In this document: piece by piece, positions 7,952 to 16,024 of the stretch
Layout of the letters: every line of letters begins with the position of its first letter
How positions within the stretch are numbered: the first letter of the stretch is position 1
Assembly: GCA_043825875.1 (NCBI GenBank)
Contig: JBDRRF010000052.1
Coordinates: 1 to 19,450 of the forward strand
DNA length: 19,450 nt
Direction of reading: 5' to 3'
From: Pseudomonadota bacterium
GTDB lineage: Bacteria; Desulfobacterota; Desulfobacteria; Desulfobacterales; RPRI01
The notes under the pieces: generated by a model
Told to the model about the DNA's origin: nothing
The model's input: the letters and a program-made list of their open reading frames with translations, nothing else
Databases searched by the model: none
Translations under genes and position numbers: made by a program

Positions 7952-9382
7952 ATGAAATTTCTGATTGATACGAATATAGTTGTACCATTAGAGCCTGGCT
8001 TGAGTTCTGACTTTGAAGTCAATACAGATCACGCATTAGAATTTCATAGGTTAGCACAAAAATCAAAAAACACTCTTCACGTCCATCCCTCAATTTATCA
8101 GGATCTATTAAGAGATAAGATTGATGAAAGAGCTAATTTAAGGAAAAAACTGTTACAAAGATATGAAACAATTGAATCCCCACCCTCATTAAATCTATTA
8201 GAAAAAGAGCATGTTGGTGATCCAGAAAAAGACAGTAATGATTTTGTTGATAATTGCCTTTTAGCATCCGTAAAGGGTGATGCCGTTGATTTTCTTGTCA
8301 CGGAAGATAAAGGGATTCATCGAAAAGCCCGAAGAAGTGGAATAGATTCAAGAGTTTTGTTTCTTCAAGAAGCGATTACTCTTTTATTGGATCTTTTTGA
8401 TAAATCGCCTCCCCCTCCTCCATCCGTTAAAAAAGTTTATGTTTATGAATTAAATGCAAATGATCCAATCTTTGACTCCTTACGTCATGACTATAACCCA
8501 GGATTTGACGAATGGTTGAAAAAGTGTAAAAGAACCCACCGTGAGGCATATACTATCCCAAATCATAACTTGACCTGTTTATCTGGAATTTGTATCTTTA
8601 AAAGTGAAGAATTTCTACCTACAGGCGATAAAGGACGAACCTTAAAATTATGTACTTTTAAGGTATCGGATTTCGAACATGGGAATAGATTTGGTGAGCT
8701 ACTATTTAAAACGGTATTTGATTACGCCGATAACAACAATTACGAATTTGTCTATTTCACTGTTTTTCCAAAGCAAGATGAATTAATAGCTTTTTCGGAA
8801 TCATTCGGGTTTCAGGTTTCAGAGGTACAAAACGATAGAGGAGAATATATAGTCTTTAAGAAACTTTCTTATACCATGGATGATGCTAAAAATTTATCTC
8901 CTCTACAATTTCATATCAATTTTGGACCAAGACGGGTGTTATTTCAGGGTAACTCCACATTTGTTGTTCCAATTAAACCAATTTTTCATGAATCTCGTCC
9001 TTGTGGGAATAGCATCAAGAAAGCTTATCTTTGTCATTCCCCAATCAAACAAATTAGGCCTGGGGATAATATTTTAATATACAGGTCTGATGATATTCGT
9101 GGAATTACAGCCATTGGAGCCGTTGAAGATACGCTAAAGTCTTCAAAGCCAGATGAAATAGCAAGGCACGTTGGATCAAGGACGGTATATAGTTTTGATG
9201 ATATTGTTGATTTCTGCAATAAACCAACGCTGGCTATCAGGTTTCGATATGTTAAAGACATAAACCCACCAATACGATTAAATGAGCTTAAGCAAAAAGG
9301 ATTTCTCGGTGGTGCACCTCAATCAATCATGAAACTCCGACAGGAGGGGGTTATATGGATAAAAACAAAACTAAACATGTGA
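7952..9382 (+). CDS. PIN domain - GNAT acetyltransferase - PUA-like (EVE/ASCH) domain fusion protein
   Basis: PIN: FLIDTNIV...DFVDNCLL...FLVTEDKGI. GNAT: LKLCTFKVSDFEHGNRFGELL...VYFTVF...FSESFGF. C-terminal PUA-like: IRPGDNILIYRS...ITAIGAVED...PIRLNEL...APQSI. Confidence 0.82.
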   Translation: MKFLIDTNIVVPLEPGLSSDFEVNTDHALEFHRLAQKSKNTLHVHPSIYQDLLRDKIDERANLRKKLLQRYETIESPPSLNLLEKEHVGDPEKDSNDFVDNCLLASVKGDAVDFLVTEDKGIHRKARRSGIDSRVLFLQEAITLLLDLFDKSPPPPPSVKKVYVYELNANDPIFDSLRHDYNPGFDEWLKKCKRTHREAYTIPNHNLTCLSGICIFKSEEFLPTGDKGRTLKLCTFKVSDFEHGNRFGELLFKTVFDYADNNNYEFVYFTVFPKQDELIAFSESFGFQVSEVQNDRGEYIVFKKLSYTMDDAKNLSPLQFHINFGPRRVLFQGNSTFVVPIKPIFHESRPCGNSIKKAYLCHSPIKQIRPGDNILIYRSDDIRGITAIGAVEDTLKSSKPDEIARHVGSRTVYSFDDIVDFCNKPTLAIRFRYVKDINPPIRLNELKQKGFLGGAPQSIMKLRQEGVIWIKTKLNM

Positions 9383-9792
9383 TTGCTTTAGCAATAAATC
9401 CTGTTTATGCACACGCAATATTATCAGGTAAAAAGATTGTTGAATTTAGGCGCAACGGTGTGCCTTCTAACATACAAAAAATCGTAATATACTCAACAAA
9501 GCCTGATCAAACAATATTGGGTTATTGCGATGTATCAAAATGTGTTGTCGATTCGCCGGATAATTTATGGAGAGACTTTGGTGAGTCTGGATATATAACT
9601 TATCATGCTTTTTCAAGCTATTATAAAGGGTATGAGGTCGGAAAATGCTATATTATAGAGAATCCTCGCCTTTTTAAGTCACCTTTACCATTAGAAAAAT
9701 GCAAAACTTTTTCGACTGCTCCACAATCATTTACATATTTAGATAAAAATGAGTGGCGTAATTTAAAAAGAAGGAAGACTGTCAACGAGTAA
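9355..9792 (+). CDS. ASCH domain protein
   Basis: AINPVYAHAILSGKKIVEFRR (GxKxxExR ASCH motif), IVIYSTKP, APQSFTY; RBS GGAGGGGG at 9343-9350; overlaps the upstream stop. Confidence 0.88.
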   Translation: MDKNKTKHVIALAINPVYAHAILSGKKIVEFRRNGVPSNIQKIVIYSTKPDQTILGYCDVSKCVVDSPDNLWRDFGESGYITYHAFSSYYKGYEVGKCYIIENPRLFKSPLPLEKCKTFSTAPQSFTYLDKNEWRNLKRRKTVNE

Positions 9793-9848
9793 ATAATATG
9801 TGAGATGGGCTGTCCACAGATTAAACTATCGATTATAGGTGTCTTATA

Positions 9849-10391
9849 ATGAGAAAGCGAATTGCTTTCGTTGGAGGCGTTCACGGGGTAGGAAAAAGCG
9901 TCTTTTGTAGTAAACTATCTGAAAAATTCGAATTTGATCATATTATTGCAAGTAGTTTAATAAATAGAGTACATCATATTGATCTTAAAAACAAATCTGT
10001 AACTAATATAGAAAACAATCAATTAATCCTGGCACAAGAGATAGCAAATTATAGGACTGAGAAAAATACTATTTTGTTGGATGGTCATTTTTGTCTACTA
10101 GATACATTTTCAAATATCCAAGAACTTCCCTTAGAAATATTTAAAGCAATATCACCTTTTGTTTTATTTCTTTTGGTAGATAAGCCATCAACTATTGCCC
10201 GTCGTCTTTCGAAAAGGGATGGCCGTGAATATAGTTCAGAGTTTGTATCGATTTTTCAAGAACGAGAAATAAAATGGGCAGGTTCAGTGGGTGCTGCAAT
10301 AAATGCTCCGATCAGAATTATTGATTTATCTCTTGATTATAAGGATATAGTCAACGATGTCAGCCTTTTTTTGTGCACCGAAGGGCATTAA
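9849..10391 (+). CDS. P-loop nucleotide kinase-like protein (AAA_17/AAA_18, archaeal adenylate kinase-like)
   Basis: N-terminal Walker A GGVHGVGKS, ILLDGHF, lid-like IARRLSKRDG; 180 aa NMP-kinase size. Confidence 0.85.
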   Translation: MRKRIAFVGGVHGVGKSVFCSKLSEKFEFDHIIASSLINRVHHIDLKNKSVTNIENNQLILAQEIANYRTEKNTILLDGHFCLLDTFSNIQELPLEIFKAISPFVLFLLVDKPSTIARRLSKRDGREYSSEFVSIFQEREIKWAGSVGAAINAPIRIIDLSLDYKDIVNDVSLFLCTEGH

Positions 10392-10494
10392 TACAATCTT
10401 GAATTATGAGTCGCCAACAACCGCCTACTTTTAGGCAAAAGGCGTACAACTGTAGCTATTTTTGTTCTTCGTTAGGTGGAGAAAGAGTTTACAA

Positions 10495-11538
10495 ATGATC
10501 AAATTATTTCAAATAACAGTTTTTGTTTTGCTCTTTTTATGTGCACAAATTTCATTTGCTGAAAAAATATTTATTGAATCACGGGTTGCTGATGGGTCGT
10601 GGCGTTCTGAACTTGCTATCGAACCATTAATAGGTCAAAAAGTTTTCTTGCGTGTCAAGGAAATTGATGGAGCTTCAATCCAGTGGTTTCGAATTCAGCC
10701 TAATATTAATATCCGATATAATAATGCGGTTTGGCCCTGGTTACCGAATGCATATAAATGGAAAGGGTTCGATGAAATAAAGTATAGCAGGATTTTACTT
10801 CCCCAATTTGATGGAAAATGGAAAATTAATATATTTCCTAAGAAAGGTTCGGCAGCCTCTCAAAAAGGGTCTTTAATAAAAAACGACTCCCTGCTTTCTT
10901 ATTTTCAAAGACGCCTTTTTGACACAAAAGCAAACGAAAGTTCTTTTGCTTCCAACAACATCGGAAGTTTCTGGTTTCAGGCTGAAGTCACTAAAAGCGG
11001 GCAAAAATTTGCAACACCGGGAATTGAAAGCAAAGACCATCGTGGGCTTTCGAACAAGGTTTTTCGTATTTCAATTAAACAAGGCAATGATCTGCTTGGG
11101 AATTTAACTTCTTATTTCAACGTACCGGCTGTTTTTGGCTCTACTCCTTATCAAGTTAAAAACCATATAGGTATCGATTGCGCTGATGTACTGATGGCAG
11201 CGTATAGTAAATCTAAAAACTTGCCTATAGCCAAGGATTACAATGTTGCTATGCTGACATCGAAATTTAAAACTGTTGTAAAATCACGTATTGAAGATGG
11301 GCAGCCTGTTTCAAAAATCCGATGGCAAAAAGATATACGGGCAGGAGACTTTATTGCGGTTAAATATTCTGTGAATGGTCAGTATCAGCACATTGGTGTT
11401 TTATACAATGACCAAAACGGGAATGGCCTTCTGGACGGAGAAGATTTAATTCTTCACGCAGGTCCCGATCCCCTACACTTTTCTATGATCAAGTCTGGCC
11501 CATTTGATGGTACAATTGCGATTCTCCGTACAGAATAA
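10495..11538 (+). CDS. Secreted protein with C-terminal NlpC/P60-like (papain-fold) domain
   Basis: Signal peptide MIKLFQITVFVLLFLCAQISFA from ATG 10495 (GGAG RBS upstream; the ORF track starts at TTG 10462); GIDCAD...AGDFIAV...YQHIGVLY...ILHA pattern. Confidence 0.62.
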   Translation: MIKLFQITVFVLLFLCAQISFAEKIFIESRVADGSWRSELAIEPLIGQKVFLRVKEIDGASIQWFRIQPNINIRYNNAVWPWLPNAYKWKGFDEIKYSRILLPQFDGKWKINIFPKKGSAASQKGSLIKNDSLLSYFQRRLFDTKANESSFASNNIGSFWFQAEVTKSGQKFATPGIESKDHRGLSNKVFRISIKQGNDLLGNLTSYFNVPAVFGSTPYQVKNHIGIDCADVLMAAYSKSKNLPIAKDYNVAMLTSKFKTVVKSRIEDGQPVSKIRWQKDIRAGDFIAVKYSVNGQYQHIGVLYNDQNGNGLLDGEDLILHAGPDPLHFSMIKSGPFDGTIAILRTE

Positions 11539-11587
11539 ATTGATAACACCCAATAATTGTAAGTGTTTAAAAAAAGGAGGATAGATA

Positions 11588-12187
11588 ATGAGAATTAAGT
11601 TTATTCAAATTTTGTTGATAATTTTTATTTTACAATTTGTTTTTGGTTGTTCTAACGCATTACGTCTAAATTACCAAACGCCGAATGCCGCCAGTTCTAA
11701 AATTGGAAAGATTGTTTTAGTATTAGATGATCAACGCAATCCTGAAAAGGGAGGAAATGACCCGCTGGTAATAGGCAATGTGAGAAATGCTTTTGGGATG
11801 CCTTTTAAAGCTAAAGCTTCTCCGCAAAGAGAGCCATCGAAGGTTATGCGCGAATTGTTATCTTCATGCCTTGCAGCTGCTGGCTATGAGGTAGTTGATG
11901 AATCAAGCAATGCGCCTGTATTACATGCAACACTCAAAAGTTTTTGGAGTGACGGTTATCAACACCAACGAATGTATATTAAGATGCAAACAGAACTTGT
12001 AAAAGAAATCGGCTCATCTCCGGTATGGATATCTTTTGTTGATGTAAACGAAGGTTTTACTGTGAAAACCGCTGGTTTTAAACAAATGAACGCCGGTTAC
12101 GAAAAGATGCTTGAAACCACAAAGAACAAATTATTGACAGATTTTAATCTAAAAGAGTTTTACACAGCGTACAAATCAATAAAGTAA
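11588..12187 (+). CDS. YajG-like lipoprotein
   Basis: RBS AAGGAGG; lipobox VFGC; IVLVLDDQR and LAAAGYEV segments resemble the YajG/Lipoprotein_16 family. Confidence 0.6.
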   Translation: MRIKFIQILLIIFILQFVFGCSNALRLNYQTPNAASSKIGKIVLVLDDQRNPEKGGNDPLVIGNVRNAFGMPFKAKASPQREPSKVMRELLSSCLAAAGYEVVDESSNAPVLHATLKSFWSDGYQHQRMYIKMQTELVKEIGSSPVWISFVDVNEGFTVKTAGFKQMNAGYEKMLETTKNKLLTDFNLKEFYTAYKSIK

Positions 12188-12198
12188 ATAGTAATGAT

Positions 12199-14106
12199 AT
12201 GAAATTATTATTTTCCATTTTTATAGCGATTTTCCTGTCCTGTTTTCTTTTTTTTGGATGCAGTTCGCATTCCGGTTCCATTTATCCAGTTAATGAGCCT
12301 TATTATATTACACCCTGTGAAATTGATGGGGGCTATGCCAAAACCCGCTCTTATGGAGCTCTCTTAAAAGTTTTGGAATCAAAGGGTGGATGGCTCATAA
12401 AATCAGTTGATAATGACATAGTGATTGCCGATGTTTGCCGCGGAAGCAATTGTGTGGAAGTTTCTTTTGAAATAGAAAAAGATGGGGCTATAAAAATAAA
12501 CCTTGTTGACAGTCAGAATGTTAGCTCACGATGGAGGCGTAATCTTGAGAATTACATTACGATCTTAAAAGAACGTCATAAAGAATTCTGCAGGTTAGAC
12601 ATCGCTTTTTTACAAAGCGTGATTAAGAAATATGAAGATTTTACACTTGCAGGTAGAGGATTCGATCAAAAATCGACCATTGATGAAAAAGATCATGAAC
12701 GGACTAGAATTATTGTTTCCCGATTCAAAAATTTAAGAGGACACCAGGAACACAAATGGCTAAGTATCGGTATATCATACCTTCTAAGCGGCTTTCTGAC
12801 CCAAATCAATAATATAGCCGTTGTTGAAAGAGACCTGCTTGAAACAATATTAAAAGAGCAGGCACTTTCTGCTCAAATTGATTACAACAATAAAAACCTC
12901 CCCCAAATTGGCAAATTGGTTGGAGCGGAAATGATAATTACCGGCAGCTATTTAATTGATAATAAAGAAATATCTATAAACACAAAAATGTTTAAAACCG
13001 AAACGGGTGAAATTGTTCAAGCAGATTATATTCGCGGACCTGTAAGTGAAATAAGAAAATTATGTGAAACTGTTATTATAAAAATGATATCAAAACTTAA
13101 TTATCCGTTTTCAGAAAAGGAAAAACACCTTCTTTCCGATAAGGGCCAACAGATGGTTAAAATCATGGAAGCCCTAAGCAATGGCGAACTTTTTCTTGCA
13201 GACGGGAAATTCGACGAAGCAAGAAAATATTATAAAAGAGCTTTGGATATCGAACCATACAACACGGATATACTAAACACAATAAGGTCTATAGATTCCC
13301 GGCTTAAGTCTGTCGCTATTATCAAATTCGACAACATAGGCAAAGAATCCGTTTATGATTATCTATCTATCAAGATACCTGAAGATTTAAATACCATTTT
13401 ATTACAAAAAACCGCTCTTCCTTTAACAGAAAGAATAAACCTTAAAAAAGCTCTGGAAGAACTAAAACTTTCCCAAACGGGATTGGTCGATGAGAAAACG
13501 GCTCCTAAAATTGGAAAGCTTTCCGGAGCATCATATTTGATTACAGGTTCTTTTTCAGTAAAACAAAAAAATATCATTCTTTATGCCAAGCTTATTAACT
13601 CTGAAACAAACAAAATTCTTTTAGCTGAAAGTCTAAGTGGTAAGCTTGAAAACATTTTGCAAACAGAAAACGATATAGCTGATAAATTAATTAATCGGCT
13701 CCGGGATGTTAAATCCATAAAGAATATGTCCGAAAAACTTTTGGCAGGAGAAAAACAACTTCAGATTGTATTAGATGAGTCAAGTATATCCTTTGATTTC
13801 GATAGTGCTACCTTAAATAAAAATAGCTATTTGGTTTTACAGGATCTCGCAAAAGTATTATTAGAATTTCCTGACTATAGAATTGTCGTTGTGGGCCATA
13901 CTGATAACGTAGGTGAAGCTGATTACAATCAGAATTTATCTGAAATGAGGGCACACAGTGTATTAAATTATCTCTTTGATTGTGGCGTTGAAAAAAGCAG
14001 ATTGACAAGCATTGGATATGGTGAAAGCAAACCTATCGTAAAAAATAGCAACGAGACAAATAAATCCCGAAACCGCAGAGTAGAATTCAGAATAATTCAC
14101 TATTAA
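12199..14106 (+). CDS. Lipoprotein with two CsgG/HfaB-like domains, a TPR and a C-terminal OmpA-like peptidoglycan-binding domain
   Basis: Lipobox FFGC; repeated VVERDLLETILKEQALS...IGKLVGAEMIITGSY and LTERINLKKALEELKLS...IGKLSGASYLITGSF; TPR GKFDEARKYYKRALDIEP; OmpA_C FDFDSATL...GHTDNVG...NQNLSEMRA...GYGESKP...NRRVEF. Confidence 0.85.
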   Translation: MKLLFSIFIAIFLSCFLFFGCSSHSGSIYPVNEPYYITPCEIDGGYAKTRSYGALLKVLESKGGWLIKSVDNDIVIADVCRGSNCVEVSFEIEKDGAIKINLVDSQNVSSRWRRNLENYITILKERHKEFCRLDIAFLQSVIKKYEDFTLAGRGFDQKSTIDEKDHERTRIIVSRFKNLRGHQEHKWLSIGISYLLSGFLTQINNIAVVERDLLETILKEQALSAQIDYNNKNLPQIGKLVGAEMIITGSYLIDNKEISINTKMFKTETGEIVQADYIRGPVSEIRKLCETVIIKMISKLNYPFSEKEKHLLSDKGQQMVKIMEALSNGELFLADGKFDEARKYYKRALDIEPYNTDILNTIRSIDSRLKSVAIIKFDNIGKESVYDYLSIKIPEDLNTILLQKTALPLTERINLKKALEELKLSQTGLVDEKTAPKIGKLSGASYLITGSFSVKQKNIILYAKLINSETNKILLAESLSGKLENILQTENDIADKLINRLRDVKSIKNMSEKLLAGEKQLQIVLDESSISFDFDSATLNKNSYLVLQDLAKVLLEFPDYRIVVVGHTDNVGEADYNQNLSEMRAHSVLNYLFDCGVEKSRLTSIGYGESKPIVKNSNETNKSRNRRVEFRIIHY

Positions 14107-14150
14107 AGGCATGGTTGTTGATATGGTTTGTTTTCCAATTTGTTAAGCGC

Positions 14151-14199
14151 TTGACAATATGCCCCACTTGATGTACGCTCAACTGTACACTTAAGGAGG
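14151..14199 (+). promoter_or_regulatory. TA operon promoter, TGTAC operator pair and RBS
   Basis: TTGACA (14151-14156), 17 bp spacer, TACGCT (14174-14179); TGTACG (14172-14177) and TGTACA (14184-14189) 12 bp apart; RBS AAGGAGG (14193-14199). Confidence 0.75.
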
Positions 14200-14209
14200 C
14201 CTTCGTACA

Positions 14210-14443
14210 ATGAGAACGATATCTTTTACAGATTTTCGAAAAAACGCTTCGGGCTTTATTACCGAAGTGGAACATGGAGAGACTCTTATTCTTTTGCGTC
14301 GGGGGAAACCCGTTGCAGAAGTGGTGCCTTTTTCAGATGAAACTTTGCGGAAACCTTCTTGGAAAAAATCCGTGACCCGTTTACAAATCAAAGGCAGTGA
14401 TCTGTCTTCCGCAATCTTAGATGACCGTGAGGCAAACTATTGA
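14210..14443 (+). CDS. Phd/YefM family antitoxin
   Basis: MRTISFTDFRKNASGFITEVEHGETLILLRRGKPVAEVVP Phd/YefM N-terminus; 77 aa; upstream of a PIN toxin. Confidence 0.92.
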   Translation: MRTISFTDFRKNASGFITEVEHGETLILLRRGKPVAEVVPFSDETLRKPSWKKSVTRLQIKGSDLSSAILDDREANY

Positions 14444-14868
14444 GATTGCTTGTTGATTCTTCATCATTTGCCAAAAGATATATCCAGGAAGCGGGCAGCG
14501 AACAGCTTGATGAATTCCTTCAACGGGCTTCAGAATTAGCTGTGTGCGTAATCTTAGTTACCGAACTCTTTTCTGCATTGAACCGACGTTTACGTGAAGG
14601 CGTGCTATCCAGCAAGGATTATCGAAAGGCTAAAGAGCTTTTATTGAATGATGTGAGCGATGCAACTGTCCTACAGCTAACCCCTGCGGTTATTTCACGT
14701 TCTGCCTATCTTTTGGAGAATTCTGTATTACGCGCTATGGACTCTTTGCATGTGGCTTGTGCATTGGAGTGGAAGGCGGATCTCTTCGTCACATCGGACA
14801 AAAGACAATTTGATTCAGCCGTTAGCTCAGGCCTCCGCACAGAATATCTTGGCCAACCTGGTGCTTGA
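14440..14868 (+). CDS. vapC: VapC-family PIN domain toxin
   Basis: LLVDSSSFAKRYIQE, TELFSAL, LRAMDSLHVACA, FVTSDKRQ; TTG start overlaps the antitoxin TGA (TTGA coupling). Confidence 0.92.
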   Translation: MRLLVDSSSFAKRYIQEAGSEQLDEFLQRASELAVCVILVTELFSALNRRLREGVLSSKDYRKAKELLLNDVSDATVLQLTPAVISRSAYLLENSVLRAMDSLHVACALEWKADLFVTSDKRQFDSAVSSGLRTEYLGQPGA

Positions 14869-14873
14869 ACAGA

Positions 14874-15362
14874 ATGGATTACATGTCTATTATAATTTTA
14901 ATTTTAGGAATAATACTTGTTTTAGCCGGTTTGGTAGGTCTAATCCTCCCCATACTTCCGGGCCCTGCTTTAATATGTGCCGGTCTTATCTTTGCCGCAT
15001 GGGCAGACAATTTTTCACACATGGGCAGTGTAACTGTTATTATTTTAATTGCTCTTGCCATTCTGGCTCACACATTAGACTTTATTGCAGCATCGTTTGG
15101 AGTTAATAAATTCGGTGCAAGTCGCTGGGCATCTGTTGGCGCTTTTGTTGGCGGAGTGGTGGGCCTTTTTTTCGGATTGGTTGGTGTTTTTATAGGACCC
15201 TTTATCGGCGCATTTATTGCGGAGCTTATAGCAAGAAACCGTATTGAACCTGCTTTTCGTGCAGGTATTGGCTCCTGGGTGGGAATACTTCTCGGTTCAG
15301 TTGCTAAAGTTGCGCTTGGGTTTGCAATGATAGGAATATATATTATTGCCCGCTTTTTTTAG
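14874..15362 (+). CDS. DUF456 family membrane protein
   Basis: GLILPILPGP, KFGASRWA, GPFIGAFIAEL and Gly-rich TM helices; ATG at 14874 or 14883 is more likely than TTG 14865. Confidence 0.88.
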   Translation: MDYMSIIILILGIILVLAGLVGLILPILPGPALICAGLIFAAWADNFSHMGSVTVIILIALAILAHTLDFIAASFGVNKFGASRWASVGAFVGGVVGLFFGLVGVFIGPFIGAFIAELIARNRIEPAFRAGIGSWVGILLGSVAKVALGFAMIGIYIIARFF

Positions 15363-15367
15363 AAGTA

Positions 15368-15988
15368 CTACTGTTTTTCAATAAGTCCCGCCTGGCGTTT
15401 TATCCTAAGTAGTCCTGGGCTTTTATTAAGATACATAAGAGTTGATGAACAACCCGCTGCTATAAATATTGATTCAATCTGATCAAACAGTACTATTTTA
15501 TCAGGCCATGTAAAGTCTTTTTGCTTTTTTTTTAAATTCTCCCATATCTTTTGCGCAGAAGGATTTTTATCAAATACTTCTTCTATTGCTTTATCACATA
15601 AGAACATTTGACATACAATAGGTTTGACCCGCCACACACAACCTTCCGGAGCCAGATAGATACATTTGTGGTTTGTGCTGGGTGTTTTAATTAATTTTTC
15701 GATGCTATCTAGCTCGGCATTACTTGCGCTAAGAGCATTTATTACTACATCGGCAAAAAAGGTTATTATTCCGTCTTTTGAACAGCAGGCACTCAACCTG
15801 TTTTGATAACAACTCAAGCTGCAAATTTCGGAAAAGTAGTCAGATAAAAATTTATCTGTTTGACTTCGAAACAAGAGATATTCTTTAAGGGGTACTCCCA
15901 GTGTTTGAAGTAATTCGGTTTTCAAATCCGCCATGTGGCAACTAATTATCTGAAGTGCTTCTGTTTGTTCTTTTTGATAGCTGTTCAT
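15368..15988 (-). CDS. Cys-rich hypothetical protein, YkgJ-like zinc/iron-chelating pattern
   Basis: CSLSCYQNRLSACC...CIYLAPEGCVWRVKPIVCQMFLC pattern (CxxxC..CC / C..L...GC....P..C..F.C). Confidence 0.6.
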   Translation of the reverse strand: MNSYQKEQTEALQIISCHMADLKTELLQTLGVPLKEYLLFRSQTDKFLSDYFSEICSLSCYQNRLSACCSKDGIITFFADVVINALSASNAELDSIEKLIKTPSTNHKCIYLAPEGCVWRVKPIVCQMFLCDKAIEEVFDKNPSAQKIWENLKKKQKDFTWPDKIVLFDQIESIFIAAGCSSTLMYLNKSPGLLRIKRQAGLIEKQ

Positions 15989-16024
15989 AACGTTTTTTCT
16001 TAACTATAAAATGTTGTTTATCAA

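Noticed and set aside
7900..15362. Complete integron or prophage
   Set aside because: No integrase, no fully formed attC and no phage genes visible; only cassette-like ends, which are reported as tentative findings
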